DNA of 64,000 bases from Balanoglossus misakiensis (lineage: Eukaryota; Animalia; Hemichordata), in contig CM082581.2 in NCBI GenBank assembly GCA_040954595.2, positions 8,355,413 to 8,419,412 of the forward strand, given 5' to 3'. Shown here piece after piece: positions 27,662-41,915 of this stretch. The notes beneath the pieces were generated by a model. It did no database searches. It was not told the DNA's origin and worked only from the letters and a program-made list of their open reading frames with translations. A program made the translations under genes and the position numbers. Each line of letters opens with the position of its first letter. Position 1 is the stretch's first letter.

Positions 27662-29712
27662 ATGGATTCTGCCATTGGTGCGTGTTGGCGTTGTGGTCGT
27701 GAAGGGAAAGTGAAATGCCCCGAGTGCGATTTTGGTCTGTACTGTGGTAAGAAATGCCTGAAGGAGGACACGTTTAGACACGAGGTTGGTAAAATTGATC
27801 TCACTCAGCCAAGGCATCGCCAGGCAATTATTCTCCTCCATTACTTCCGAGATAATATTTTTCTGATCCATGAGCATCAACCAAGACGTTAGGGGGCGGC
27901 TTGTTTCTCTTTCCAAGTCTTAGACTAATCAATACTTGGCTGACCGCAGTTTAAATTTTACACACATTTTTTTTGCAGACCGAATGCATGCATGCGAGAA
28001 AAACCAACTCCTGCAGTTTCTGTAAGAAGAAATCACCAACAGTTAAACAGTGCTCTGGCTGTTTGCAAGTATGGTACTGTGATATGGATTGCCAAAAGAA
28101 AGACTGGCAGCGCCACAAGAGGGCGTGCGTGGCTGAGAAAGAAGAAATTATCCGAATATATGATGCCTTTCATAGATCCATTTGGAAAATTGCACCGCCT
28201 TATGTTACTGGCAACTGCTATTACTGGGGTAACACCCCTGCTGTTGATCTGTTAAAATTGCAACAGAACGAATGGGGAGGCGGAAACTCTCCTGACAAGT
28301 TGTCAATACTTCTTGCTGGTGTCGGCGACCTCAGAAATGTCATCACTACAGTGGCATCGCTTCCAGAAGAGTTTGAAGGCCAGGTTGAATTTAGTCTTAA
28401 CGACTGCGATGTCCACATTTTGGCGAGGAATCTCTTGTTCCTGTACATGATGCTAACTGCGAAAGAGCCGAAGAAAACGTCTGAAGCACTGGTGCAGTTG
28501 TGGTATTCTCTGTGCATTAGCGATGAGCATAACCAATATTTAGCGACCGCCCTCAAAGAGCTGATGGCGAGTGATAGCAAGATGTTGGCTACAAATCCTG
28601 TGGGCGAATTAATCGTCAGCGACAGTGATCTCCACAAATTGAAATTGGTCTGGGCGGCGTGGATGACGTCACTACAAAATGGAGGACCAGAAAACCACAT
28701 CCATATGCAACGACAGGCAAGCATAGAGCTCGATCCCTTGTCTGCAGAGGGCTGGTCAAATTATGTTGCCTGTGTTCCTGAGCGCCATCGTAGATCACTT
28801 CAAGAATGGTGGGAAAACGGAATCCTGTTTTCATCAAAAGACCCCAAGAAAGACGAGGCAGTGTTTCAAAATGTAACTTTGCTGTGCTTAAACCCTCTGA
28901 GGTACAAAACTTCGCATCCAGTGTATCCATTAAAGCCAAACCCTGTTGCCCGGAAGTTCAGTAATGAACCGTTAATTTACCCTACTATACCTGACATACT
29001 TCCATTCACAGGCTGGGATTATATACAAGCAAGTTCGCACAAGGACGTAGATTGTGTGCCAGAAATGTATCGCAGCTACATAGCGCGTATGGTTGAGGAA
29101 TTCATTCTACGAGGAAAACACGTATCCTTTCGTTTTCTACCGGGTAACTATTGGAAAGTGGGTGAAGCGATTGCCTTAAAGAAGTTTGATCGTATTGCGA
29201 CCTCTAACCTGGCTGATTTCTATGGCATTCCCGCTATTCTGGATGTGTTCATGCCTTTCCTGAAAGCGTCGAACCCCCACTCTGTGATCATTACAGAACT
29301 GCTTAATTGGTCAGACCCAGTGAAAGTCGTTGCGCCCTCTCAAATTGATGGAGCTATCCTGACGTCTTTGGCAAGAATTCCTCGTATAGCTCAGGACACC
29401 GGTGTAGGCCAAAGCGATATTCGGTATTACTTATCGCAAGAGTCTTTCACAGAATACCACGATATGGTGACACCATTCATCAAGTACATCAGGGCCGTCT
29501 TCTTGATGAAGCAGGTTGTGTCAGGAAAGAGACCCAGCCGTAAGGATATCCCGAAGTTTCAGGACGTCATGCAGTACAACGGACTGCGACTGCGTGATTT
29601 CACCCACGAGCTCAATCGTGTTATGCCGTATCGATGGAAGATAAACACTCGTCGAGTTACTCTCCTCAATGGGCACGAACGGAGCTTGGAATGGACACTG
29701 GCAAGGGTTTGA
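27662..29712 (+). CDS. Double MYND-type zinc finger + DUF4470 protein, copy B (inverted paralog)
   Basis: Exon 1 27662-27784 and exon 2 27979-29712 (ttttgcag|ACC). Same intron position and motifs as copy A. Confidence 0.88.
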
Positions 29713-31612
29713 CTGATGATTTCAAAGCCTGAACGAGAGACAGTCAGCATGAGTAGTTTTAGTGTACGTATATTTCATACTTCTTGCTACCAGTAAGATT
29801 TTCATATTCAGGGTTTGAGTTGTCTATGAAAGTCAGTCGTTGAGAACAGTGAACAGAATTGAAAACCACAAATAGGCTATCAAGAGAAACTAAAGTAACC
29901 AAATTAATGTCAAAAATGAGACTTTGCCCCTTTCGGCATTTCAGTTGTCTGAATAATTATGTAGTTTATTTCAGATGGAATCAAAGTTGAAGTAAATATT
30001 TTGCTTGGAGACGACACTAATAAGTGCGAGGTGCTCAAACTCGCGTGTCTGGCTTTTCAAATGATGGAATGTTTACATAATATGCAAGATTGAGATAAAC
30101 AAATACGACATTTTGGATATGCTTTTACCTCCACGATGGATTTTTTTGAATTTGAATCCCGGTGACTTCTGTGCCACCAACATCACGACGTTGCCATATA
30201 TGGCAGAAAACAACAGTCGGTAACACATTTTAAAGAAAAAAGAAAGCGTTTATGAATTTTCAGACTATTTTTATAGTTGAATATTCTACAAAGTATCTGT
30301 ATACGTATGAAATCGCCTGGTCTATACTTCTCTTACCGTAACAACACTATCCTCTTAAATATTTATCTCCTACCATCTTACTATCCCCTCAACAGTAAAG
30401 CAGTATGTATTCGCTTACTAGTATATTGCGCCCTCAAATTTCTATCTACCCTTCACAGAGGACAGAGCGGCCTCACCAAATTCGGAATATCCAGCAAATA
30501 AAGCGAAAGAACGAACCAAAATGAAAATATTTTCACAGTAACGAAATAAGCACACGTCTGTTTTTCATGAGTAATTATTTCAGTTCATCGAGAAATCTAT
30601 GAAATTAGAAATATTTAATATGTATTAAAATACATGTAATGGAAAAACCTTCCAGGTAAGACAGCGTAAACTTGGAATCGCCGTTAGATGGCGCTCTGCA
30701 TTGCGTGTAGTTAGCACTATTCATTAATATTCCTACACTTTGTTTTATACATGTTCTGATTGAACGATTTAATGCAACCTACAAAAATCCATATGAAGAA
30801 CGGGCTCCAGTTTTCAAGTTCAAAACTAAGTGATATCGGTACTAACACTGCCAGTTTGGTCTTCTGCGCCATTTCTACTGCATAGCTGGGCTGTGCTTTT
30901 CGTGCAGGCAGACTGAATTGGTGCAGGGGACCAGACTATTTCTCTGCTGGACTCCACATCTCCGCACGGATTGCATCTCAACTTATAAAGAAACTTTCCA
31001 GTATAAATAGCCTCTTTCTATAAACTACCATTATTTATATATGAAATACTTTAAAGGGGAAATATATATGCAAAACTCATGGTGTCATACATGTACTTTT
31101 GCAACTCAAGCAGTAAGCGATGCAGTCGCCAAGCAGTTATCCGATGGAATTACAGACATCGACAGACACGTGATTCGCAAACACTTCACATTAGAATAAT
31201 CACGCATGAGGATACGTATTGCGATCATCGCCATAACAGGAAATGTGAAGAATGCACGACCAAGCAATGTCATTGTTTGAAGAACAAGTTGGTCCCGAAA
31301 ATCGCGCCCGAGAAGCACTTTCGTCCATCGAGAGAGAAAAAATGTGTAATTGAACAAAAAAATTATAATATCATTATGAGTAATAAATGGAAAAGGGGCT
31401 AGTTCGTCATCTATACATGCATTAATCGTTAACTATAACTTCTGCCTATGAAATTTCATTCAGATGAAAACTGTGACGAAAAAACCCATAAAATCGGGCC
31501 CTAGGTTTACGGTACTGCCTGGAAACATGGTGTAATGTGAGCACCATCGGAATGATATATTTGATTTAATTGATTTCTGTTCTTCTCCCTGTTGAGGACT
31601 GTTTCCCCAGAT

Positions 31613-34600
31613 TTATTTCGTTTCCTCCTGCTCGACTTTGTCCTCTGGTTGGGCGTCGCCATTTTCTTGTGGCTTGGTTCCTTCCTGGGGTTTCTCGTCG
31701 GCATTGACATTGCCGCTGTCCTCTTTCGTTTCCTTGTTCTCCTCCTCCTCCTTCGCCGGCTCCTGGACTTCAGCTGGTGGGTCTTGTGCTTTCTGCTCCT
31801 CTGTGTTTACTTTCGCCTCGGCCACTTCCTCTGTCTCCTTCGGCGCCTCCTCCTCCGCTTTGCTCTCTTCCGGTTTCTCCGCCACTTCTTTGGCCTCTTC
31901 TACTTTGTCGTCTGCTGGCTTTTCTCCCGCCGCCTCCGCGTTCTCCGCTGCGTCGCCGTTGACGACACCGTCGGCGGGCTTCGCGTCCCCGTTCGCCGCC
32001 TCGCCTGGCTCGGATTTCTCCGCCTTGGCGGCTTTCGACTTGGCTCCCTCCGGCTTCCAGACGGTCGGGTCGGTGTCGGGCACGGCCGGAAAGTTGCTAA
32101 TGGCGACGTCTCCCATGGTGCACTGGTCCCAGTCCGGCCAATACTTTTCCTTCATTCGTTCACAGTATTCGAACAGGTTTTTGCAGTCACCTGAAATTGG
32201 CCAGACAAGTTATGAGATCAAAGTGTCAAAGGATGAGAAGATATATTCCTATCATGGGATTAAAGTTACTGCTCCAGCTGGATGACTGATTACGACATTG
32301 GCCACTGAACATGACAGTGAACAATGGAAACGACAACAATATGATCATTTTAGTCGCACGGAGTTGGGAAGACGCGACTGGCTCCTGCCCACGTAGTGCA
32401 AGTCGGAAAATACCCAGCCCTGGACACATTCATTCATTCGTTCATTACACCCAAAGAAAACTGACAAATCACGGCTCAGAAAATCCGATTGCTTATGTAT
32501 GAAGTTTGAACGGAACACCTGACCTTTGATCAATTTTTCCTGAGGTGAATCTGGTAATTCGTATGCAAATGTTGCCATCAGGCCGAAGATACTGGCGTCG
32601 ACTTCGTTCCCATTTTCACCGAAGAAAAACTGTTTGTCTCCTGAAAACAGTAAAGAAATTGTGTGGAAAAAAATGACACCATAAACTGGGATTGCGTGAA
32701 AGCATTGCCAAACCACTGTGAGACAGATAGTTATTAGATTTCCTCATAACTAGATATTATTAATACATCCGGTTATACACATTTTTAGATTTGACTAAGA
32801 CGGAAACATTTTCAAAGGAACTTATTTGCTTCCTTGTTTCATGGTCCATATGCGTGATGAATGACGCATGTCAAGACAATGTTACGAACGTTATTTTTTA
32901 TCAAAAATATTTTTTAGAGATTAGGATGATTATCTTAATATTTAAAACTGATTTCAGATAAAAATTGGCCTACAATCACGTTACCTAGGTAACCGGATAG
33001 TGCCCGGATGTCATTCTCGGCGATTTGATAAATCTCCTCTCTGCTGTGTCGTCCAATGCCGTGGCTGTGGAGCGTCTTCTGAACTTGGCCTTTGTTCCTC
33101 CAGAGCAAGATGTCCATCATGAACCCGCGCGGCAAATTGTCTCTCAGAGAGGTGGACAGATCTTTGTCCACCCACCGAGCGTACACTAAGGTCCTGAGAG
33201 GGAAAGATAACCGAAATGAAAATCAGAGGAATTGATCTTTCATTTTTTAAAGAGGCCTGGGCATACGCACGATAGAACGAATTAGCAAATGTGGACCGAG
33301 TGAGACGACTGGAATGCAAGCATTTTAGCGTTTTAACCCCTTTACGAGAGTAGCCTATGATGTACTGTATTGTGGCAACTTCTGATCTGCCTACTACTAT
33401 ACTAACCTACAGCTCTTCAGCTCCTCAGTCTGGAGCTCGTAGGTGTATACATCTCGCCCAATACCCCCGCCCCCTCTGCACTCGTAATTTATAACCAGAC
33501 CAAAATTTTAAACAACGGACATTTCTGTGTCAGATATCATAACCTTGGCTACGTGTGCACCATGGAGATATTTGATCCCTGAACAGCGTTGCTGCCATGG
33601 ACACGAAGTTCAAGTGATCCTGTCTGTTGCCTGGTAACGGGAACATTCCCTCCACGAAAACACGACAAAAGTTACAAAACGTCGTCTCTGGGTCTGGCAA
33701 GAAAACCCCCACATTTCTGACGACACCGGAGCCACGTGAAAGTGGGGCAACTTATTGCTATGGTTGCGGCGCTGGGTTATGACATGTCGCGTCACGTGAT
33801 TCATCCCTCAATGTTCCCTGTTTAAGCTGACATGACATACACATCTTGCAGTGTACGTCACAATGGACTATCCGCAATCCATTTTCTCGTGGTCGACTAA
33901 TCCAAAAATTCGTATTCATCTATGATAAAATTTATTAATGCCCCGGTGCCATTCAGTTGTAAATCACCCGCGCGAATAAAGAAGAGCCGAAACAAACGAC
34001 ACTTGTTCCAAGTCTTTCGAAAAAAAATTAACAAAAATGCCAGGCTGTGGCAGCTATCCTGATAGAGGAATTCATTGCTGTCACGTTCTACGGGAAGTAA
34101 TTCAAATTTTCAACACGGTCCCCCATTAAAAATAGCAGTACTAACTTCAATAGAAACCACGCTCATGCTAATAACCATTTATGTCCTGTTTCATGCACAA
34201 TTTTATTACATCTCTTTTCCATAGGCATCCATCAAACACCGGACCTGATTTTCATTTACAATTTATTGTTTCGGTGTAACGCACTTTCCATAAACAAGGA
34301 TATTTTTAGCAGAATACCATGGTGGCAACGTAAATCGGCACGGTCCCTGCGCACTTTAAATCGGAGGCGTTACATGTATTGTGATACGGTGAATGAGAAA
34401 GGCACGGGGTGATCGCCGTGATTAATATGCAAAGTGCAAGCGAATTTTCATGTTTTAGCCTGACCACGAGCACGTCCACCAAGGCTCGTACATGTATAGT
34501 TGTCACAATCGTTTCTGCAACGTGCGTGTCCGGATATGCCGTGAAAATTAAGAGAACACGGACCGCTGCAGGAGTGGTGAACTCTAACCCAAAAGCAGCG

Positions 34601-37600
34601 CGCATCTAGTACTTTTTGGTGTACATGTACCAGCATTTTTCGTGCATCTCTGTTGATCACTGGCGTGGCTATATTTACCAAAATACATGTACACCGCCTG
34701 AATTATTGGTACAGCCTCGAATCGCGTGAACAGGGCGAGAACGTGAAACAGCAAGCACCATGCGAACGTCGATTGCGCCTCTTCCCATGGGATTACACCG
34801 AGAATTGCCAGAAAAGTCAACTCTACTGTTGTCATCTCATGAGTTCTGTACATAGTTCAGCCGAACGAAAATTAATTCAATTACCGAATAAAACCCGTAT
34901 GGTCACCGTGCTTAATTTAATTGAATGTTACAATAATTACAATACAACACCATTAGTTGAAGAACTTTCAAATTTGCTATCACTGGATGGGCGAAAAAGC
35001 AATACCGCGAGACTCCGAAGGCTGTCGAGATTTGAATCACATTCGCGTGGCAAGTTTTATGAGGTCACTACGTATACGTATACCGTGACACGAATAATAA
35101 GCCGAAAGATATAGCAACACTCACCAGTAGAGATTTTCTTCCACCATCCTCTGGAAGGCCTTGCCGACAGCTTTCTCTTCAGCCGTCAAATCTTTGCTGA
35201 GGTCCACATCCCGCTTTTTGTTCAGGTATTCAATAACAAACGTGGAATCCGAAACTGTTTCTGAGTTGTATTCGATCCAGGGGATTTTCCCTTTGGGGGA
35301 CTTTTTCTTGCCGTGAACGCTCTAGAACAGATACAAGCAGATAGCTGGGTAACTGAAGGGATTTCAAAACGGAGACTTAACTGACCGACAGACTGGACAG
35401 GCCATCGAAATGTGACCTGACAAATCCAAAGGTCAGACGCCCAGTCAAAATCACGTGACGTTTAGTGCTGAAAAACGATAGCGTTCGGTATCAAAACGTT
35501 CGCAGGTCTAGTTCTGAGATAGAGCGCATTACATTCCAAAAGTCAATCGGTGAGAATGGCCAGACAGGGAAATGATACGTTGTTTCAAGCAGACAAGAAC
35601 AGTTTCTCTTTGCTTCATTTTTCAGGAACGATCAACAATTGCAAGACAGTAAGTATATAAAATATTGGACAATTTTTTAAAAAGTTTGACGCAAAAAATC
35701 CAAAGCATTTTTCTATCGTTGTGACAGACTCGAACATACCTTATATGGAATATCGGCCATGCGCAGATACGTCTCCAGCTTCATGGCGAAGGGTGACAGC
35801 GCCGGTGAGTGTTTGGCCCGCCCCGTCTGGTGAAGCATCACCGTGTCCTTAGGAAAACTGTGTGTTTAGAAGATAATACAACACGACTGTGCAAATGTTC
35901 AATTTCAAGGACTAAGATTACAGGAATCAGTTTGGAAATGTTATTGGCCTCCGCTGGTTTCAATAAAAGCGACTAAATTTAACTCGGCACTGTGTACCTT
36001 CCGAAAGTTCCACGACCTTTGGCGAGGTGAGACAGCCGATTATACAAACGGCATTGTCATTAAGTCAACTTTGAAAGCAATCTACAAAGGCGAACGTGTA
36101 TCTGAGTGACCGGTCAAGCTACCGAAAGAAAAAATGCGCATGTGTTTTAAGACGCTGAAAGCTTTTCTGTTCCATGTGCCACATTTTAGAGGCATCGGCT
36201 CCATCGTCGCAAGTCACTGACCTCTTTACGGCAACAGCTATAGATGCGTTGCCATGGTTGCTTTTGGCATCACGTGGAGCGGAATAATGTATGTCTTGAG
36301 TCGATGCGTACGGCTCAGCGGACATTGTCGGATACTCAAAGTGCCCTCGCCAGGAAAATATCGGGTTAATGTTACTCTTGATAGGTGTGGTAATTTATGT
36401 GTGCAGGTCCAAGGTGAAACATGCACACTCCGCGCTTTCGTGTTTCGGTTACGACTGATATACGCAATTGGTGTTAAACCGCGATGTACGAGCTGATTGG
36501 TACAGGGGCATCTCTGTGACATTCGACAGATGTTATACCTCAACTGTGTGTGTCTAGATTAACCCCGATTCAAGGTTTGTTAGTCTAATAAACTGGACCG
36601 CTCAATGACACAGAAGGCAATCAAAATCCCGCTTTGTTTGGGATGCGCAAATTACGCGGATTCTTGGAGAACGCAAGATTCCTAATGCATAGTTAGACAT
36701 TGGAACCGATGCGAAAATGTTCTTGCAAGGTTGGTTCTGATTGGTCAACTCCTTCGCCAATCACTCGGCAAACAGGTGCACAGCAGATGCGTAAATGATG
36801 AAACCTATGGAAACAGAGCTTTGTGAAATTTTGACAAAGTGATGCCCGATCGGCGATTGTTTATCGGTAGGAGTACAGCAGACCTCGCTGTTTACAAGTG
36901 CCAGGAGAAAATGATCGGGACGTATGCCCGGGTGTGCAGACGAATGAAACCCTATCTACAAAAAGACATTAATCAAATAGCGTAGCGACCTCCTTTTTCC
37001 ACCAGAAGGTCAACAAGGGGTGCGACTGCTGTCTCTTCTTTCTCCACGATTGATCGTGAAATTTTACGTTTACATGGGCACATCACTTGAAGTTCCGGGG
37101 AACGAGTACCTGAGATTAATAGCCACCTGCACCCTTTGCTGGTCTTTTGGATTCGGGTCCAATGAGAAAGGCTTGGGTTGGCCTGGGGTTCATTGTCCAC
37201 CGTCGTACGGTGGACGAATACGTGCGAGTCCACCACACATGTATTAACTATGAGTTGATTCCGTAGCTGCCATGGCTGTCAAATGTCGACGGTTTGTTTT
37301 CATAGTGGTCGCACGGTGCAGTGTGCCATTAGGTGCAGTTTCTATATTTAGCAGCACCCTCCCGCAATACCTATCGCTTTGCCGTTTTATTTTTAAACCT
37401 TTAGCAAAATGGTGCTCATTTATGTAAACGTGCGCGACTCTTCCGATGCAATCGTTAGTCACGTTCTTAACGTCTCGCGTGTCATATTACCGATAATCTC
37501 TCGTGTGATGTCAAACAGTATGATTTGTCAAAAAAGTGAACTATCAGCGTCTCGCACCTAAACGCGTCTGCGCGAAATTTCCCAACCGCGTCTGCGCGAA

Positions 37601-38963
37601 ATGTACCATACGAGGAAGGCGTGTGACCATGGTGATTCGAGAGGTGGACGTGTTAATAGCCACTGGGCGATTTATTATATTGCCATTTGGAGTCGATATA
37701 CATGCCATATGTTTACATGTCAAAGTGAAAGACAATATGTTTTTTCCTTTAAAGTCGCCATTTGCTTTAAAAAATTAGAGATCAAAAGGAATAATTATTT
37801 AAATCCGCCGTGGCTTCAAACTTTGTATACATACGAATAATACGGTGTAATTATTGATTCGTGTGTTTGCTTTTAGTATTATTATAAGAGATTCCAAATC
37901 GCCCTTAATGTGGCAACAGGCGGTTTCATAAGTGGAAATCTGAACGTCCCTGAATTTGCATTCTTGTTGACCGAACCATAACATCATGGGAAAATAATTC
38001 TGTTTGTTGAACGCTGTTTTGACTCCATTGCGAGGTGACTGACGCGTGAGTGAACCCGACCAGGCGTTCCGTCGTGACTAGCCGACATACATGCGTTATC
38101 GTTCACTTTATTTCAACATTTACCGTGTTTACAAGATAAGAAAGTGACAAGCGCCGGGTGCGACCCCGCGACCGTTAATCAAATCTCGAATGTTATTTCG
38201 AAGCCAGCCATTATCACCTTCAGGTATTTTCACACAGTTGTGACGGTGCTCCCTCGGATTCAGCGTCGTGCGCGGTGATTTCCTAGACTGATAAATGTCT
38301 TGATAAACACGACGACGGTTTTCTTTTTTGTTGTCGACAGAGTCACGACCTCGAATGCCCTTGGAGCTCTTTACACCGTCAACAAGTACGTCACACGAAT
38401 ATGTGGGTCGCCGACATACATGTACATTGTAAATGCAATGACTGTATGGGGGAGTGAAAATATCTTCCCGGACAAATGATCAAGGCTCAGTTTCCAAACG
38501 GAAGAGCTGCATAAATCGGTGTCAACTAACGCGCAATAGAAACTCGACTCTCTCTCTCTCCCCCTCTTCCCACTCCAAATGTTTTCGTTTTATCCACGAA
38601 TATCCCTGCGCGGTTTAAAAATCATACGCGTTCTACAGCTGTTTTGACGTCTACTAGTCCACGGTTTGGAGAAAACGAACGAAAACCACGCCACAGACAA
38701 GAATATGCGTTGATAACATTAACCAGGGACTCTACAATACTCTCGTGCAATGCAACTTCATTCATAGCTTGTTAAGAACAATACCCGACTTGTTTTCGAC
38801 CCCAGCAATACGCAGACATGTACACAGCGCAGCAAGAACTGGCGAACAGGGACGAGCATCAATGGGCTTGGCACGTTTGAACTCAACATGACATTCCCCC
38901 AATTGAGTGTCGCCATCAAACCCCTTGCCAAAAGACTGACAAAACTCACCTGTCGTGCGACAT
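31613..38963 (-). CDS. FAXC: Failed axon connections homolog (FAXC; GST/metaxin-like), paralog 1 with long acidic C-terminal tail
   Basis: Exons 38963-38950 (MSHD, less certain), 35857-35740 (FPKDTVMLHQ..SPFAMKLETYLRMADIPYK), 35321-35125 (SPKGKIPWIEYN..DSTFVIEYL..FQRMVEENLYW), 33193-32985 (HGIGRHS), 32640-32524 and 32190-31613 (NLFEYCERMKEKYWPDWD). All GT-AG and phase-consistent. Confidence 0.9.
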
Positions 38964-41915
38964 ATTGGCAGCGCTTGAACCGGTGAAGGTTAATAAGATG
39001 TGGCTGGGCTATGAAAATTATCCGCAGTACCCCGTGAACCGAGCTTCACTCGCACAAAACTACTATAGGCTAGTGGAACTGTCTGCTAGTATGGAGGTCA
39101 CGCCCCGTCTTCTGTACGCATGCTAAATAACCACCACACGCATTCCGGTGCTGTTGAATTGGCTGATGCAGACTGGCCAGCCAACACCAACAGCTCATGA
39201 ATAAACATGACCGGGTGCGCACGTCGCTCTTTCGTAAATGGAAAAACCTGTGCCTGGCTGAAGAGGTTTAGTTCATTCACGTACGGATATGACTCACGCA
39301 GAAGTCACATGGTAAACACAATCATGATGTTGTAAAAGCGGTCTGAAGATCAGAAGAATGTGTTTTGTGAAGTTTGACATAAATGCCCCGACTACAATTG
39401 TGTTTGTTTGTTCGCTTGTTTCTTTGTTTGTGTGTTCGTTTTTTAAACATACTGCACACCCAAGTATCCCTAAATGAAATCATAATGTTATTTAAACATT
39501 TTGGTAGAAATTGGTAATAATGCGCAATTTTTCATTGGTGTGCGCTTTCCTGCACAATTATATTGCGGGGGCTGGAAGTCGGATTTAGTCATTTGAAGTT
39601 TCTTGGCAAAGTTTGCCATTTATAAAATTTCAATCGTGTTTCTGATTTATATGCGTGTTGAAGGTCAGGGCTGTTTTGTAAGGCGGTTTATAATTCGACA
39701 CGTCGACGTCACCACACTGCGTACAAAATTAGCTGAAAGCGAAACCTGTCCGACTTTGCGAATTCGATTTTTTTTTTCAATTTTAGCCGATCCCTGGTCT
39801 TGTGGTAATCCACACGTGATGTCACGCCAACGCTTCCTTCATGCACGGATGAACGCGCGGGTGGATGAAACGCCTACTGCAATACCACACCATACCTATT
39901 TGGACAATTTGTGGTGACCTTGCAGTTTCCCTAGCCTCAAGGCTTCATAAACATTGATTAAGTGTGATTTTCAGAGCTGGTCGCGAGTCAAAAGTGTGTT
40001 GAACTATCTGTAAATTTAAACTTCCGCGTAAAACTTTGATTTAACTGGGATTATTGATATTACAGTCATTGTAATTAAATTTAACTTGAAACTTCCACGT
40101 GAATTTTCAATCTGGTCTCAAGGTTAGAACAAGCCATAATCGCATGAAGCGGAAGGTCCGTGTGTATTTGCAGGCCCTAAATCTGAATACGCTGTTCAAA
40201 CAAAACAAAATCACAACCGACGGCAAGGGTGAGCTTATTCCCACGGACATTTTTGTCTTCAAGGGCATAAGAAATACCAATTGAATCTCAGTCGCTGTTG
40301 TTTGACAGCCTTCGATACTGATTGCAGTAAAATGATTTTATGGATGATGTTATTTTTTTATTGAAAACCATCTATGAAACATTTTGATCTTATTTCACGG
40401 AACTGTTCCTTTTATTTAATTGAAACTTAAGTCATGTTACTCTGCGGGATGAACTTCTCACCTGAGCTTTGAGCGCCCTTTGATATGTGCAGTGCGACGA
40501 ATATATAATTTTTGAATTTTAAAAAAGCTCTTAATACGTGTAAGCCTGGATTATTTTCTGTCAATGACAGCTTACCGCACATAGACATTTGCGTTCTGTG
40601 GGGCTATTTGATTTTTACGTTTGTGTGTGTGTCCATTGTGGTTCTCGGTGAGTGTTGTATTGTATATGCGGTTTCCTTCAATTTTTCTGAAAGCTCTTAG
40701 GTTTCCTTTGTGCTTTCATTAAACAATAGTGTTTGTTTAAAATGTGAATCAGTTGTAAAGTCAAACGTAACGGAATGAATTCACGTAAGAGATGTCTGTT
40801 TTTTTTATGGGAAATAGCACTAATGTACGTTTATAACAAAAGGCATTATGAGAGCTCACGCGAGTACATGTACTTATTGTAATAACTCGTAACAAAATCA
40901 TGCATATACAAACACATGTATGATCGCTTTCGTCATTGCGGAACTGAGACGATGTGCACACTTATACCAAGAAACAAAATATAAAAACAAAGGAAATACA
41001 CTTGCAATCGCGTGTTGAATGAGGAATTGTGGCCCGGTAAATGTAAGTTTGAAGGGAAATAATTTACCAATAACTACTTTGTAAAATAAATAAAATATTG
41101 AATGTTTAGACCGCCTCAGGTATGGCATAATTTAGTAGCCAGGAACCAACCTCTCAATTAACATACGGTCATTTACATTTGTGTAACCCTCGGATTTGAA
41201 GGGTCCATTGTTTTGTATTTATGTTGTCGGAAGTAGGGAATTTCAATCGAGGTCATTGTAACCCACGACATAAAGGTTTCACAAAGAAATCTGCATCATC
41301 TACATGCAGGTCATGTCTGGGGCACATGCACATAACAAGACAAAACCGTGAATGTCCGAAGCCTGTACCGAACACTGCCGAAGCTGCCCATCGCCATGCA
41401 ATAGATAGGCTCGCTGGCTACTCAAATACCTTTGACGGGAAACTGCCATCACAAAGCAATGCCGCGGCGAAAGTTCCCTAATTTTATTTCCGTGTATCGT
41501 AGGTAGTTAAACAAACTGCATTTCCAACGGGGGTCACAAATGGACGGTAATAGCAAAATGTCTCACAATATAAATATCTGGAGTGGGCCGCGTCCTTTAG
41601 TTATTTACCCTTATCTTCACATAAATCAAGTTCAATTCACTACGTGCTACTTCATGCAAAAACAGCATTCCAACGGTTACAACAAGCGCAATGTTATTAC
41701 CGTAGTCACGTGTCACACACTGTTGCATACCCCCTGGTCTTGCAAGAGAGCAGATTGGTATTCAACGATAGGTGACTGCGGTGAGCGCCCTCAGTGTCAT
41801 TTCCTGGCATACATGTACCCATGCAAATTTGTAAAACTGTATAAATGTTAATCTTTTATCAACTACATGATGGACATGTCACGTTAGATTTGACATTTTC
41901 GTAAAGATATGCTGA

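Larger units (their letters stand above)
24250..29950. repeat. Large inverted duplication: arms ~24250-26801 and ~27377-29950, unique spacer ~575 bp
   Basis: Reverse-complement similarity covers the 5' flank (gaaagagaaagtctgaag at ~26784 vs cttcaaactttctctttc at ~27377), exon 1, the intron, exon 2 and the 3' flank (catttttgacatt at ~24282 vs aatgtcaaaaatg at ~29906). Confidence 0.92.

Noticed and set aside
31592-32285. Hydrophobic and Ser/Ala-rich ORFs of 200-215 aa on the plus strand
   Set aside because: They are antisense shadows of the low-complexity last exon of FAXC paralog 1.
38150-38185. gggtgcgacccc resembling a tRNA/SINE B-box
   Set aside because: No A-box or cloverleaf could be built.
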